Positions 9,736 to 20,640 of a DNA stretch of 64,000 bases are shown piece by piece. How positions within the stretch are numbered: the first letter of the stretch is position 1; each line of letters opens with the position of its first letter. Origin of the DNA: Candidatus Latescibacterota bacterium (GTDB taxonomy: Bacteria > Latescibacterota > CBDEFO01); the NCBI GenBank assembly GCA_965248755.1, contig OZ252149.1, positions 4,448,001 to 4,512,000 of the forward strand. The letters run 5' to 3'. A program made the position numbers and the translations under genes. The notes beneath the pieces were generated by a model. The model ran no database searches. It saw only the letters and a list, made by a program, of their open reading frames with translations, and was not told the origin of the DNA.

Positions 9736-10377
9736 GTGAGATTAAAATCGATCTGGTATCATCAACTCAAGGCGTTGCTCCCCACACTGTTTACAGCATA
9801 CATACCGATACTCCTTTTGCTCTGCATCCTTGCAATCGTGATATTGAAAACCAAAATACCCATCTTGGATCTTACACGCGACCCGGCAAGAACATTGAGA
9901 GCACCATTTTACATTGGACTTCTCTCACACATCGGCGTACTGCTTTGGTGTTCTTCTGCCGCTATTTGTCTTTTTAGTTTTGCACTGCTGCGAAAAGACA
10001 TTAATGATAGAGAATTGCAATCATTTTTCCTGTTTGCAGGTCTCATAACGTCCGTTCTGCTATTGGATGATCTCTTCCAATTTCATGAGCACGTTTTTCC
10101 AATCTATTTACACATTCCTGAAAAAGTCATCTACATCGGATATGGGACGATGACATTGCTCTACATTATAAGATTTAAGCAGATGATACTAAAAACGGAA
10201 CCTCTCCTTTTGCTATTTGCTTTCGGATTCTTTGGACTATCGATAGTTATTGATGCGATAATTATTTTACCCTTACACGACCTGTTTGAGGATGGATTCA
10301 AACTATTGGGAATTGTCAGTTGGCTTACGTATTTTACAAGAGTATTTACCAAGCAGATAAAATGTACAGTGGGGTGA
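9736..10377 (+). CDS. Multi-pass membrane protein of unknown function
   Basis: About 6 hydrophobic segments. Conserved-looking 'LLLDDLFQFHE' and 'EDGFKLLGI'. Confidence 0.75.
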   Translation: MRLKSIWYHQLKALLPTLFTAYIPILLLLCILAIVILKTKIPILDLTRDPARTLRAPFYIGLLSHIGVLLWCSSAAICLFSFALLRKDINDRELQSFFLFAGLITSVLLLDDLFQFHEHVFPIYLHIPEKVIYIGYGTMTLLYIIRFKQMILKTEPLLLLFAFGFFGLSIVIDAIIILPLHDLFEDGFKLLGIVSWLTYFTRVFTKQIKCTVG

Positions 10378-10414
10378 TGGGAGGCGGTGCCCTGCCTATT
10401 GACTACTCATTATT

Positions 10415-11581
10415 ATGAATATCCTTATGATCACAAACGATTTCCCGCCTTTAAAAGGTGGTGTCGCTTCGTTTCTACACAATCTATGTGTTCAGTTGGA
10501 AAGGAACGGCCATAGTGTGCGGGTGCTCACCTTTTCGGTGACTCCGGAGGATTGGAAGGAGGACAAAACGGCACCCTACAGGATATACAGATGCAGGGCC
10601 CCAAGGAGGCTTTCGGCTCTCATCACGATTTACAATAGCCTGCTGCATTGTCTTAAGGATCGCATTGACGTTGTGTTCATAGGACATTTCATGACGGCCC
10701 ATGCCCTGGGCGCCCTCCTTCTAAATATGTTGCTCTCCATACCGTATGTGATTTTGATTCACGGCCTCGATCTTGTGACTTTTCTATCCAAGTCGAGGCT
10801 CGATAGCTTAATATCGCGGGCACTTTTGAAGAGGGCATCTATGCTGATGGCTAACAGCCAGTTCACAAAGGATGAGATATTGAAAACTGGATACGGAAAT
10901 CCCGATAGGATAGGCGTGGTGTATCCGGGGGTAGATGTCCAGGAGTTCAGACCAGATATTGAGTCAGACGGAGTCACATCCAGATTTGGACTTTTGGGCA
11001 GGAGAGTTCTGCTGACTATCGGAAGGCTGGTCAAAAGGAAAAATCATGAAAGTATATTGAGAGCGTTGCCGGGGGTTATTGAGATGTTCTCTGACACTGT
11101 CTATCTTATAGTGGGACAAGGGCGGGAGGAGGGCCATTTAAGAAGGATTGTAAAGGAGTTAGAACTTGAAGATCATGTGATATTCGGAGGATATGTAGAT
11201 CAGAAAGATCTGCCGAGTTGCTACTTCGCGTGCGATGTGTTCGTTATGCCTTCGGATATAGTGGAGGGGAGCTTCGAGGGATTCGGTATAGTGTTTCTGG
11301 AGGCAAACGCATGTGGCAAGCCGGTAATTGGGAGCAATATAAGCGGAGTAGCTGAGGCAGTGGAAGATGGCGTGACGGGGTTGTTAGTAGATCCCAAAGA
11401 CTGCGATGGGATAAAAGACGCGGTAGTAAGACTGCTCTCAGATAAGGAGTACTCCCGAAAGTTGGGGGAAAACGGGAGGAAGAGAGCTTCTGAAAAGCTC
11501 AGTTGGGAGATCGCAGGCAAGAAAGTGGATGTGCTTTTAAAGATTGTACAGACGGAATGTCGGTCTCCTCGACATACTTAG
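10415..11581 (+). CDS. GT4 glycosyltransferase
   Basis: 'TNDFPP..GG', 'GRLVKRKNH', 'EGFGIVFLEANACGKPVI'. Confidence 0.92.
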   Translation: MNILMITNDFPPLKGGVASFLHNLCVQLERNGHSVRVLTFSVTPEDWKEDKTAPYRIYRCRAPRRLSALITIYNSLLHCLKDRIDVVFIGHFMTAHALGALLLNMLLSIPYVILIHGLDLVTFLSKSRLDSLISRALLKRASMLMANSQFTKDEILKTGYGNPDRIGVVYPGVDVQEFRPDIESDGVTSRFGLLGRRVLLTIGRLVKRKNHESILRALPGVIEMFSDTVYLIVGQGREEGHLRRIVKELELEDHVIFGGYVDQKDLPSCYFACDVFVMPSDIVEGSFEGFGIVFLEANACGKPVIGSNISGVAEAVEDGVTGLLVDPKDCDGIKDAVVRLLSDKEYSRKLGENGRKRASEKLSWEIAGKKVDVLLKIVQTECRSPRHT

Positions 11582-11600
11582 AAAACATACTCAAAAGCAA

Positions 11601-13070
11601 ATGGCCAATTCCACAAAAAAGATAGCTTTGAACGCCTCTTTTCTTGCCATAAATGACATTGTCCTAAAGACGCTGTCGTTAATATCGCTTCCAATCATGA
11701 TGCGCTATCTTGGAGTCGATACCTTCGGGATGTACGTATTTGCACAGAGCTTTGCGTCCATTATCCTGGTCGTATCGGACGTTGGGTTGAAGACGATCCT
11801 GGTAAGAGATGTTGCCAAGAATAAAGAGAGAGCGGGCGAATACCTCCACAACAGTATGATTTTGAAGTCTATCTTCTTTGTGATCGCGTTTATTATCACT
11901 CTCGGGATCGTAGATGGACTGGGGTATTTTTCAGAAAAGGCGTCCCTGATCTATCTGGTTATGTTATCAGGGATAACGGCCTCTTTTACAGTTTTGCTGT
12001 CCTCTTTTTTTAAGGCCTTTGAGGTGATGCACAAGAAAGCTATGGTAGACATTGCGGGAGGCCTGATCAGCCTCATCGCAGTTATAGCTGTTTTGGTATT
12101 ACTCAGAGGAGGAATATACGAGCTTCTGGCAGCGTTTGTGGTGGGAAATCTTCTGATAGCAGTCTTGAGCTACAGGCTTGTAAAAGCCCAGATCGCTGAA
12201 ACGACGTCCCGGCACCGCAACTGGAAGGTGGATTGGGGGGCTATAAAATCTCTATTTAGAGTATCGATCCCCGTGGGAATCTCAGGAATATTCGTGATGG
12301 TCTACAACTATTTTGATGTTGTAATGTTAGAGTGGATGAGAGGAGACTATGAAGTGGGTGTCTACGGAGCGGCGTATAAGCTGATCATAACACTGCACTT
12401 TATCCCTTATGCGATAGTTGGGGCTCTATTTCCCGTAATGTCAAGGCTTTCAAAGAGTTCGCCGGTGGAGCTAAAGTTTATCTTTGAAAGGTCGTTCAAG
12501 TACTTAGCGCTATTGGGACTACCGATAGCTGTAGGGGTCACGTTTACGGCAGATGAGATCATGATCCTTCTGGGAGGGGAAAAGTGGGCTGAGGCCGGCA
12601 CGACACTCAAGATCTTGATCTGGGCGACGTTCATAGCGTTCTTGAACTATCCGATAGGGGCTCTTCTGATCACTTTAGATAGACAGAAGGTGGCGGCTTT
12701 CAACGCAGGGGTGTGTATGGTTGTCAACATAGGGTTGAATTTCCTGCTTATTCCATCGATGGGATTTAAAGGGGCAAGTATCTCAACTGTGGCAACCGAG
12801 GCTGTATTGTTCATGATGGGCTATATTGCTCTTTCGCGGGCGTTATATTCTCCTCCAGTGTTGAGCCTTTCAGCAAAACCAACAGTCTGTGGAGTAGGCC
12901 TTGCAGTGGTTCTGTACCTTTTAGGGAACATCGGGCTCTTTTTGTCCGTTTTGGCCTCCATCGCTGCGTATACGGGATTTCTGCTATTGACGCGGATATT
13001 CGATGAAAGGGACAGGGAGATGTTTTTGGATCTCCTTCCGGGGCAGCTAGAATGGAGAGCAAGAAATTGA
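11601..13070 (+). CDS. wzx: Wzx flippase
   Basis: Many TMs, 'RYLGVDTFG', 'VGVYGAAYKL', 'LFP'. ATG at 11601 preferred over the ORF-track start 11544. Confidence 0.88.
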   Translation: MANSTKKIALNASFLAINDIVLKTLSLISLPIMMRYLGVDTFGMYVFAQSFASIILVVSDVGLKTILVRDVAKNKERAGEYLHNSMILKSIFFVIAFIITLGIVDGLGYFSEKASLIYLVMLSGITASFTVLLSSFFKAFEVMHKKAMVDIAGGLISLIAVIAVLVLLRGGIYELLAAFVVGNLLIAVLSYRLVKAQIAETTSRHRNWKVDWGAIKSLFRVSIPVGISGIFVMVYNYFDVVMLEWMRGDYEVGVYGAAYKLIITLHFIPYAIVGALFPVMSRLSKSSPVELKFIFERSFKYLALLGLPIAVGVTFTADEIMILLGGEKWAEAGTTLKILIWATFIAFLNYPIGALLITLDRQKVAAFNAGVCMVVNIGLNFLLIPSMGFKGASISTVATEAVLFMMGYIALSRALYSPPVLSLSAKPTVCGVGLAVVLYLLGNIGLFLSVLASIAAYTGFLLLTRIFDERDREMFLDLLPGQLEWRARN

Positions 13071-14254
13071 GAATCTTTTATGTATGCGACGTATACTTAA
13101 ATCATCAGATAGCCTGGACAACGCATGTCAAAGAGATTACTGAGAATATGAAGATGCTGGGACACGAGGTGATCCTGTTCGCTCCGGCGTACGGTAAGTA
13201 CAGAGAGGAGACATCCGTGGATGTGGTCTACGTCCCCACAACTAACATCAGGTTTTTCAAGGTCTTCGTCTTCTATCTTTTGGTGTTTTTGTATATTTTT
13301 CTATACCGTCTGAAGAGGGGAAGACCCGATGTGGTCTATATAAGGGAGATGTATATTTCAGCTACGGCACAGCTATCTGCAAAACTTCTGAGCGTTCCTG
13401 CCGTGTTAGAAGTGAATGGGATAAATCAGGAGGAAAGGAGTGATACCTCAGGATCGAGTCCCGAGGTGATATTGAGCGGATTCTTTCAGAATTGGGGCGT
13501 TAAGATGGCAGATCGGGTGATCGCTATTACACCCAAATTGAGGGAAAAACTCGCAGAGAGGGCAAAGGTCCCTATTGAGAAGATATTTGTGGTGAGGAAT
13601 GGGACGAATGTGGACCTGTTTAAGCCTATGGACGAGATGGAGGCTAAGCAGAAATTGCGCTTGGAGGGGGACAGAGATTACGTTTGCTTTGTAAGCAGTC
13701 TCTATCCGTTCCACGGTGCCCTGAATCTGGTAGAAAGTAGCCCTGATGTGCTTAAAGAGAGAGGAAATGTCATCTTTTTGATTGTGGGAGATGGATTTAT
13801 GAAGGGTGAGTTAATAGAAAGAACGAGGGAGTTGGGCGTGGATAGAGATTTTGTGTTTACAGGTGAGGTCGCTTATGACTATGTGCCGCTCTACATCAAC
13901 GCATCGAAGTTGGCTCTGTGTTTTATAAGGAATATAAGAGAAAGTGGCGAAGGCAGTCCGCTGAAGTTATTTGAGTATATGTCCTGTGGGAAAGCAATTC
14001 TAGCAAGCAAGGGCCGTGAGTGCGGCCAGTTTGTGGAGCACGCGGAGGCCGGAAGGTCTGTGGACACTGAGGACCCAAGAGCGATCTCCCGGAGCATATT
14101 GAGGCTTCTGGAGGACGACGAAGAAAGGGAACGCTTGGGCAAAAAGGGGAGAGACTATGCACTTCAAAATTGCAGTTGGAAGAAGGTTGCCGAACGGGTG
14201 TTAGAACTTTCAAGCCAGAACGACGAAATACCAAAGGGGACGAGGACAGCTTGA
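13052..14254 (+). CDS. GT4 glycosyltransferase
   Basis: 'NGTNVDLF', 'SPLKLFEYMSCGK'. Confidence 0.9.
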   Translation: MESKKLRIFYVCDVYLNHQIAWTTHVKEITENMKMLGHEVILFAPAYGKYREETSVDVVYVPTTNIRFFKVFVFYLLVFLYIFLYRLKRGRPDVVYIREMYISATAQLSAKLLSVPAVLEVNGINQEERSDTSGSSPEVILSGFFQNWGVKMADRVIAITPKLREKLAERAKVPIEKIFVVRNGTNVDLFKPMDEMEAKQKLRLEGDRDYVCFVSSLYPFHGALNLVESSPDVLKERGNVIFLIVGDGFMKGELIERTRELGVDRDFVFTGEVAYDYVPLYINASKLALCFIRNIRESGEGSPLKLFEYMSCGKAILASKGRECGQFVEHAEAGRSVDTEDPRAISRSILRLLEDDEERERLGKKGRDYALQNCSWKKVAERVLELSSQNDEIPKGTRTA

Positions 14255-15516
14255 AGAGGAGGGAATCGGCATTAATCGCAGGCATCGCAGTTGTGGCTCT
14301 GGCTATAAGATTAGGGGTCATCTATAACTTCACTGTTCCTGTGGAAAAGGATGCCCTGGAATACGATAAGATAGCTGTGAGTCTGTCACAAGGGAGAGGT
14401 TTCGAAATCGATGGACATCCTACTTCGCAAAGGCCTCCGATGTACCCGCTCTTTCTGTCGCTTGTCTACGGTCTCTTCGGGCACAGCCATGAAGCGGCAA
14501 CTGCTGGAAATGCCCTGTTGGGCGCCGCAGCATGTATCGCTGCATACTTAATTGGAAGAGAAATCAAGGACTTGAGGACTGGCACTATAGCAGCGACGTT
14601 GACAGCCCTGCATCCGTCTTTTGAAGTAGCCACAAGGCTGTACTCTGAGAATCTATTCATTCCCCTTGTAGGGTTATCAACATTGCTCTGCATCAGGGCA
14701 GTCCAGGATAAAAAGCTATATCTATATATCTTAGCGGGATCCCTCATCGGGCTTTCGACCCTCACAAGAGTGACTATAGGGCTTTTTTTGTTTTTTGTAG
14801 CACCACTTATGTTATTGGGGAAGAGAGAGAAACGGGAAGTTATTAAAGGGATTATAGTGGCATTTACGGCATTTTTAATAGTAATCGTCCCGTGGCAGAC
14901 AAGAAACTGGTTTATGAAGGACAGGGTAGTGAATCAGGACTTATTGAACTTCGCATTTGCTTTTGCTAATTATCCCTTGTTTTCCGGAAGCAACTGGTGG
15001 ACTGTCTTAGATATGGAGAAGTTTGAGATGGAGCGGGACCGCGGAGTCGAATTTGTCACGAGGAAGGCCCAAGAGCTGGGCGGACAAAATGGGGGATTGA
15101 GCAAGTTGAAACAGGAAGTATTTGATAAGATATGGGGAAATCCGAAAGGATTTATTAAATTATGCACCAGCAGGATTGCTATCTTCTGGCTCTCTCCTCC
15201 TGTGGGAACTTATCTTATCAAAGACAGAAGCAACACATTAGCCGCTTGGTGGATGGGGATAAACTACCTGTTATTGGGAACAGTCTTTTGGGGAGGCTAC
15301 CTGTCCCTGAGGGATGGCAGGGTCGCCTGGATCGTTTTAGGGTTGCTTTTGTATTTCACTCTATTTCACGGACTTACACATAGCATTAGAAGGTACAGCT
15401 ACACAGTGGTCCCTGAGATGATGGTACTCTCTGCCGTGTCAATTTCAACTCTTTATAACCGCTGGAAGGGGCTATGGCTCAAAAAATCGAACGGCGATTG
15501 CGCGGTGTCAGTCTGA
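14251..15516 (+). CDS. ArnT/PMT-like (GT-C fold) membrane glycosyltransferase
   Basis: 'DALEYDKIA', 'RPPMYPLFL', 'SENLF', 'PW..RN', 'RY'. TTG start overlaps the upstream stop. Confidence 0.8.
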   Translation: MKRRESALIAGIAVVALAIRLGVIYNFTVPVEKDALEYDKIAVSLSQGRGFEIDGHPTSQRPPMYPLFLSLVYGLFGHSHEAATAGNALLGAAACIAAYLIGREIKDLRTGTIAATLTALHPSFEVATRLYSENLFIPLVGLSTLLCIRAVQDKKLYLYILAGSLIGLSTLTRVTIGLFLFFVAPLMLLGKREKREVIKGIIVAFTAFLIVIVPWQTRNWFMKDRVVNQDLLNFAFAFANYPLFSGSNWWTVLDMEKFEMERDRGVEFVTRKAQELGGQNGGLSKLKQEVFDKIWGNPKGFIKLCTSRIAIFWLSPPVGTYLIKDRSNTLAAWWMGINYLLLGTVFWGGYLSLRDGRVAWIVLGLLLYFTLFHGLTHSIRRYSYTVVPEMMVLSAVSISTLYNRWKGLWLKKSNGDCAVSV

Positions 15517-16361
15517 TAGTCCCGGCCTACAATGAGGAAAAGGGAATCGAAGGGGTGTTAAAGGGGCTAATTGACATTATGAACAATAATAAGACAGACT
15601 ATGAGATTATCGTCGTGAACGACGGATCTACCGATAATACCGGCCAGATTATAAAGGAGCTTTCAGATATAGTAGTTGTAGACCATTTTCAGAACAAGGG
15701 ATACGGAGCAGCGTTGAAGTCTGGGATAAGGAAGTCTCGCTACGAAACTGTAGTCATTACGGATGCGGACGGCACCTACCCAAACAGCCGCATACCTGAA
15801 CTTGTAGAGGGGATCGGAGAATACGACATGGTAGTCGGTTCAAGAACCGGAGAGAACGTGAAGATACCCGTAATAAGGAGACCTGCTAAGAGCTTCTTAA
15901 ATATACTTGCTAATTATCTGTCGGAGACAAAGATACCAGATCTTAATTCAGGATTGAGGGCCTTTAGAAAGGACACGGTAATGTGGTATTTTAACATCTT
16001 GCCGGATAGCTTCTCTTTTACGACTACGATCACTCTGGCTATGTTAGGTGACGGATTCGCCGTTAATTATATCCCTATAGACTACGGAACAAGGAAAGGG
16101 AAATCCAAGATAAAGGCCAGGGATGCGTTCAATTTTCTGGTCCTGATAGTGCGGACGATTATGTATTTTAACCCTTTAAGGGTCTTTCTGCCCATAAGTT
16201 TGGGACTCCTGTCGGCGGCGCTTATAAGGTTAGGATACGATATTTTTGTGCTGAGCAACATAACGGATTCTTCAACTATATTTTTTATCGCCGCTCTTCA
16301 GGTCGGATTGATAGGGATGTTAGCCGATCTTGTGGCCAAAAAGAGACAGCCGAGAGCTTGA
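15474..16361 (+). CDS. GT2 glycosyltransferase (DPM1-like, polyprenol-phosphate type)
   Basis: 'IVPAYNEE', 'VNDGSTD', 'NKGYG', 'DADGTY', 'DLNSGLR', two C-terminal TMs. Confidence 0.9.
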   Translation: MAQKIERRLRGVSLIVPAYNEEKGIEGVLKGLIDIMNNNKTDYEIIVVNDGSTDNTGQIIKELSDIVVVDHFQNKGYGAALKSGIRKSRYETVVITDADGTYPNSRIPELVEGIGEYDMVVGSRTGENVKIPVIRRPAKSFLNILANYLSETKIPDLNSGLRAFRKDTVMWYFNILPDSFSFTTTITLAMLGDGFAVNYIPIDYGTRKGKSKIKARDAFNFLVLIVRTIMYFNPLRVFLPISLGLLSAALIRLGYDIFVLSNITDSSTIFFIAALQVGLIGMLADLVAKKRQPRA

Positions 16362-16533
16362 ATAAGTAGAGAAAGGCAACGTGTTCCCCATCCTTGGCGG
16401 TTGCTTCGTCAGACAGGAAGATCTGCCCCAACAGAGGACTAGGTAGAGGGACATTTTTGTCTCTCCTGGAGGCAAGAGCAGTCAATGACTGAACGTCGAT
16501 GCTGATCGGCGTCATTTAGAGAAGAGTACAACT

Positions 16534-16596
16534 TCATTGCAACACTCCGATTGAATCCCCGATTGATTCTATCGGGGATCGGAGCGAAGTAATCTC
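16534..16596. repeat. REP-like element with nested TCCCCGAT..ATCGGGGA palindrome
   Basis: TCATTGC...GTAATCTC flanks with an inner palindrome at 16556-16578. Confidence 0.7.
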
Positions 16597-16631
16597 ATCA
16601 TAAAACGACTCCAGATCAGAGTCACAATTCC

Positions 16632-17591
16632 ATGCAAGAAGAAAATAGAAACAAAGAACTTAAGGCTTTGGAACTCCGGTGCCGGTTCGTTAGACATATG
16701 AACAGAGAGGACGAAGGGGCTGAGATAGAAGTTGTAGAGTACCAGGAAACAGGAGGAGACAGTCCGAAGATGTCGGTAATCATTCCGACATCAGATGCCT
16801 ACAGGGACGGGTATTTCCCGCAGCTTTTAGAGCAGTTGAGGGATCAGTCCTTCAAGGACTTTGAGGTCATCGTAGTCAAAGGGGATAAAAGACAGGGCAG
16901 AGCCATAAACACAGGTGCCGCAATGGCAAGGGGCGATATTTTAGTGACTTTAGACGACGATACGAGGCTGGGACACGATGAGGTGTTAGAGAATCTCTAT
17001 GGGGTTCTAAGTGATCACCCCGATATAGGTATGGCGGGAGTGGCGAATCTAGTGCCGGACGACGTCCCCTGGCTTCAAAGGAGGACTATGGAGGAAGTTC
17101 CGAGGAGGAACTCAGATGTGGTGGAGGTCATCACAGAGAGCGATATGGCAGAGCATCCGTGCTGTGCTATCCCCAAAAAGGTTTTCCGTGAAGTAGGCGG
17201 CGAGAATGAGATTATCCCGAGGGGCTTAGACCCTTATCTGAGGAGAGAGATAAGGAGGGCCGGATACAGAGTAGTCGTGATCCCGAACACTTATATCTAT
17301 CACCTTCCGCCCCGTAGGTTTAAGGCTCTGGTAAGACAATTTTTCAGAAACGGTACACAATCTGCGCTCTGCACGAAGGTATATCCGGAGTGGGTCGTAG
17401 AATTGAGGGAGAAACACGGCGAGGATGTACCTGAGAACGCCACTTTACTCAAGCGGTCGCTCAGGGCGACTTGGAGGTTGATAAAGGCGCTGTTTTCTGG
17501 AAAGTTTATATGGTTGGTCACATCTTTGGCGTACCTCGCCGGCTTCGGGTGGGAAATGATCAGATTGAGCTTTATGTCTGAAAGGGAATAG
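16632..17591 (+). CDS. GT2 glycosyltransferase
   Basis: 'MSVIIPT', 'FEVIVV', 'LDDD'. Confidence 0.85.
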   Translation: MQEENRNKELKALELRCRFVRHMNREDEGAEIEVVEYQETGGDSPKMSVIIPTSDAYRDGYFPQLLEQLRDQSFKDFEVIVVKGDKRQGRAINTGAAMARGDILVTLDDDTRLGHDEVLENLYGVLSDHPDIGMAGVANLVPDDVPWLQRRTMEEVPRRNSDVVEVITESDMAEHPCCAIPKKVFREVGGENEIIPRGLDPYLRREIRRAGYRVVVIPNTYIYHLPPRRFKALVRQFFRNGTQSALCTKVYPEWVVELREKHGEDVPENATLLKRSLRATWRLIKALFSGKFIWLVTSLAYLAGFGWEMIRLSFMSERE

Positions 17592-17595
17592 AGTC

Positions 17596-18780
17596 ATGGG
17601 GAAAACGATCTTGTGGGCGAACGACTTCCCGCCTGTGGTAAGTGGGATCGCCACGTTCTTCTACAATATATGGGTAGAACTCCCCAAAGAAAGTACCGTT
17701 GTGATAGCTCCGAAGGCAAAGGGCTATCGGGAGTTCGATAGGCAGCGCGATGTTGTTGTGAAAAGGATATGGCTGCCATTAGGCGAGTCAATATGGGCCA
17801 AGGTCATCAAGACACTTTTAACTCTGATATGGAGCCTCTATCTATCACTCGTAGTGAGACCTCGAAAGTTTCACTGCGGTCAGGTGCTATCTTCGGGAAT
17901 TGCAGGGCTTCTGTGCAAAAGGCTGTTCAAGATAGCGTACGTGGTCTATGTGTACGGATCTGAGACCTTCCGGATGGGTAAAGGAAGAAGGGGAAAATGG
18001 CTGATGAGAAAGGTGTTAAACGAGAGCCAGACCGTAGTGTCGAACAGTGATTCCACTTCGAAGGAGCTTGAAGGGTTCGGCGTAGGTAGAAAGAAAATAG
18101 TAAAGATAAGTCCGGGGGTCGATTCGAGGCGCTTTTGCCCAAAGGCTAAGGATAAAGACTTGACAGAGCGTCTGGGGCTGGACGGGATGAAGGTGATCTT
18201 GACTGTTGCGAGACTCGACCAAAGGAAGGGACACGACATGGTGATGAAGGCTCTGTCAAGAATAAGCAGAGAGAAAAAAACAAAGAGCGTGCAAGGAGAA
18301 AAGCTGAACCCTGTTTACTCCAAATATGTGATAGTGGGTAAGGGAATTGAAGAGGAAAGATTGAAGGAGCTATCTGGAAAGTTGGAGATCGAGGACATGG
18401 TCCTGTTTGCAGGATATGTTCCCGATGACCAGATAGTGGATTATTACAATCTTTGCGACGTATTTGTGATGCCGAACAGGGTAACAAAAGGGACGGCTTT
18501 AGAGGGCGATATAGAGGGATTCGGGATTTCGTTTATAGAAGCTGCAGCGTGTGAAAAGCCCGCAATAGCAGGGCGTTCAGGTGGCACAGCAGAAGCAGTG
18601 TTAGACGGTGTTACGGGTATTTTAGTAGAGCCAGAGTCCGAGAAGGAAATAGCAGATGCGATAAGGAGGCTTATAGAGGATGAGGAGTTGGCGCTGAAAA
18701 TGGGCAGGGCAGGAAGGGAAAGAGCGAAAAAGGAATTCGATTGGCAAAAACTGGCAAAATCGGTGGAGGAGATCCTGTGA
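17596..18780 (+). CDS. GT4 glycosyltransferase
   Basis: 'ANDFPP', 'ARLDQRKGH', 'EGFGISFIEAAAC'. Confidence 0.92.
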   Translation: MGKTILWANDFPPVVSGIATFFYNIWVELPKESTVVIAPKAKGYREFDRQRDVVVKRIWLPLGESIWAKVIKTLLTLIWSLYLSLVVRPRKFHCGQVLSSGIAGLLCKRLFKIAYVVYVYGSETFRMGKGRRGKWLMRKVLNESQTVVSNSDSTSKELEGFGVGRKKIVKISPGVDSRRFCPKAKDKDLTERLGLDGMKVILTVARLDQRKGHDMVMKALSRISREKKTKSVQGEKLNPVYSKYVIVGKGIEEERLKELSGKLEIEDMVLFAGYVPDDQIVDYYNLCDVFVMPNRVTKGTALEGDIEGFGISFIEAAACEKPAIAGRSGGTAEAVLDGVTGILVEPESEKEIADAIRRLIEDEELALKMGRAGRERAKKEFDWQKLAKSVEEIL

Positions 18781-19457
18781 AGTGGAACACCGGCTGCAAA
18801 GAGTTGGATGTATCGGGGGTTAAAATGAAAGGTGCCTTCCTGGGGAAAGTGACCTCGAAGGTACGAGATCTGGCCGGCTTGTTGAGTATGGGTGGTAAAG
18901 GCATTATATTAGACGTGGGATGCGGAAACGGTCTGTTCCTTGCGTCATTAGGCAGAGCGTCAGCTTCAAAGAATGAATTAGTCCTGGTTGGAGTGGACAG
19001 ATCTATGCCGCTTTTGAAGGAGGCTAAGGGAATTTTCAAAGATAATTCCGTGGAGTGCGTAAGCCTCCTCCAGGGGAACGCTTTAGCAATGCCGTTCAAG
19101 CGTGGGTCGCTAGATTACGTCTTGATGATTAATACGCTTCTGAATATGCCGGATAGGACAGTAGTAGTAGCTATCCTTCGCGAGCTTATGTCTCTCTGCA
19201 AGATAGACGGAAAGATGGTTGTGGACATCCGCAACGGACATAATCCCTATATAAGGTTTAAATACTGGCTTCACAACAGAAGGGGGACATTCCCGACGAA
19301 GGCTTACAGATTAGATGAGATATGTCGTATATTTGAGAAAGCTGGGTTTGCAGTAGCCCGAAAGGTACCTGTCGGGATTCCTGCTTTATCTATGGCTTTT
19401 GCGTTTGTGTTGGAGGCAGTGAAAGTCCGAAAGGTGGATGAAGGATGCAGTTATTGA
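18777..19457 (+). CDS. Class I SAM-dependent methyltransferase
   Basis: 'ILDVGCGNG', 'GVDRS', 'GNALAMPF'. Start uncertain. Confidence 0.82.
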   Translation: MKWNTGCKELDVSGVKMKGAFLGKVTSKVRDLAGLLSMGGKGIILDVGCGNGLFLASLGRASASKNELVLVGVDRSMPLLKEAKGIFKDNSVECVSLLQGNALAMPFKRGSLDYVLMINTLLNMPDRTVVVAILRELMSLCKIDGKMVVDIRNGHNPYIRFKYWLHNRRGTFPTKAYRLDEICRIFEKAGFAVARKVPVGIPALSMAFAFVLEAVKVRKVDEGCSY

Positions 19458-20629
19458 CGCCTTCTGCTGGAACGCCCCTGGGCTTGGGAGACCTTTTACA
19501 GGGAATCACCTCGTCCAACGGGAGCGTCAGGGGACTTGAGGCGCAGCTCTCAGATTACGTTAAAGTCGGCTACTGTCACTTTGTAAATTCGGGGACGACA
19601 GCGCTCTACATAATTTTAGAGGTCTTAAAGGGATTATCAGACAAAAACAAAGTAGTGCTCCCGGCTTATACCGCGCCTTCTTTGATATTGCCGATAGAAA
19701 GAGCTGGATTAAGAGCTGTTCTTTGCGATGTATCGCTCGATACATTTAATTTGGATATAGAGCATCTGGAGGAATCCGCAGGAGAAGCTGCACTGTGCGT
19801 GGTTCCAGTCCATATGTTCGGAATTCCGATGGATATCGAAAGAGTGAAAGATGTTGTAGAGGATAAGAACGTATTTATCATAGAGGACGCAGCTTCCTCC
19901 TTCGGCTCAAAGATAAAGGGCAGGATGACCGGGACGTTTGGTGACGTGGGCTTCTACAGTTTCAACAGAGGGAAGAATCTCTCGACCTTGACAGGGGGAT
20001 GTGTGCTCACGGACTCGGAGGACATCTCTTCAAGGATTGTTGAAAAGATTTCGAAGCTGTCAGAGTTGAGCTTAAAGTCAAGGTTGATTATGGAGGCAAA
20101 AGCGGCTGCGCTATCTATAGTTGTGCGCCCATTCTTCTATACTGCCTTGTACAGTATTGTATCTAAATTCAAATATACCGAGCTTCACACCGATTTTGTG
20201 TCGTTTAAGTATACGGACTTTCAGGCGGGAGTGGGGAGGGAAGTCCTTAAAAGGGCTGAGGATATTTTCGCAAGGAGGCATCAAAATGGGATTTTTCTGT
20301 ATGGGGAGCTTGAAGGTACAGAGAGAATCGTACTGCCCCGCATTCCAGAGAATTCTACTCCAGTCTTTAATCAGTTTCCACTGCTGTTTGAGGCTACAGA
20401 GACGAGAGACAGGATTCAAAGGGAAATTTTCAAAGGGGGCGTGGAGATAACGATCCTTTACCGTGATCCTATTCACAGGATACACGATCTGGGATACGAT
20501 CTGGATAACGATCCCTTTCCAAATGCGACGTACATATCTCAGAGATTGCTCTTAATCCCAACTCATCCTCTTATTTCTCTTGATAAATTGAGCAAAATTG
20601 TGGAGATTATAAAAAGAGAGGTTCGTTAA
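19445..20629 (+). CDS. DegT/DnrJ/EryC1/StrS PLP-dependent aminotransferase
   Basis: 'NSGTTAL', 'VHMFG', 'IEDAA', 'SFNRGKNL'. Confidence 0.88.
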   Translation: MQLLTPSAGTPLGLGDLLQGITSSNGSVRGLEAQLSDYVKVGYCHFVNSGTTALYIILEVLKGLSDKNKVVLPAYTAPSLILPIERAGLRAVLCDVSLDTFNLDIEHLEESAGEAALCVVPVHMFGIPMDIERVKDVVEDKNVFIIEDAASSFGSKIKGRMTGTFGDVGFYSFNRGKNLSTLTGGCVLTDSEDISSRIVEKISKLSELSLKSRLIMEAKAAALSIVVRPFFYTALYSIVSKFKYTELHTDFVSFKYTDFQAGVGREVLKRAEDIFARRHQNGIFLYGELEGTERIVLPRIPENSTPVFNQFPLLFEATETRDRIQREIFKGGVEITILYRDPIHRIHDLGYDLDNDPFPNATYISQRLLLIPTHPLISLDKLSKIVEIIKREVR

Positions 20630-20640
20630 GACAAGCAAAC

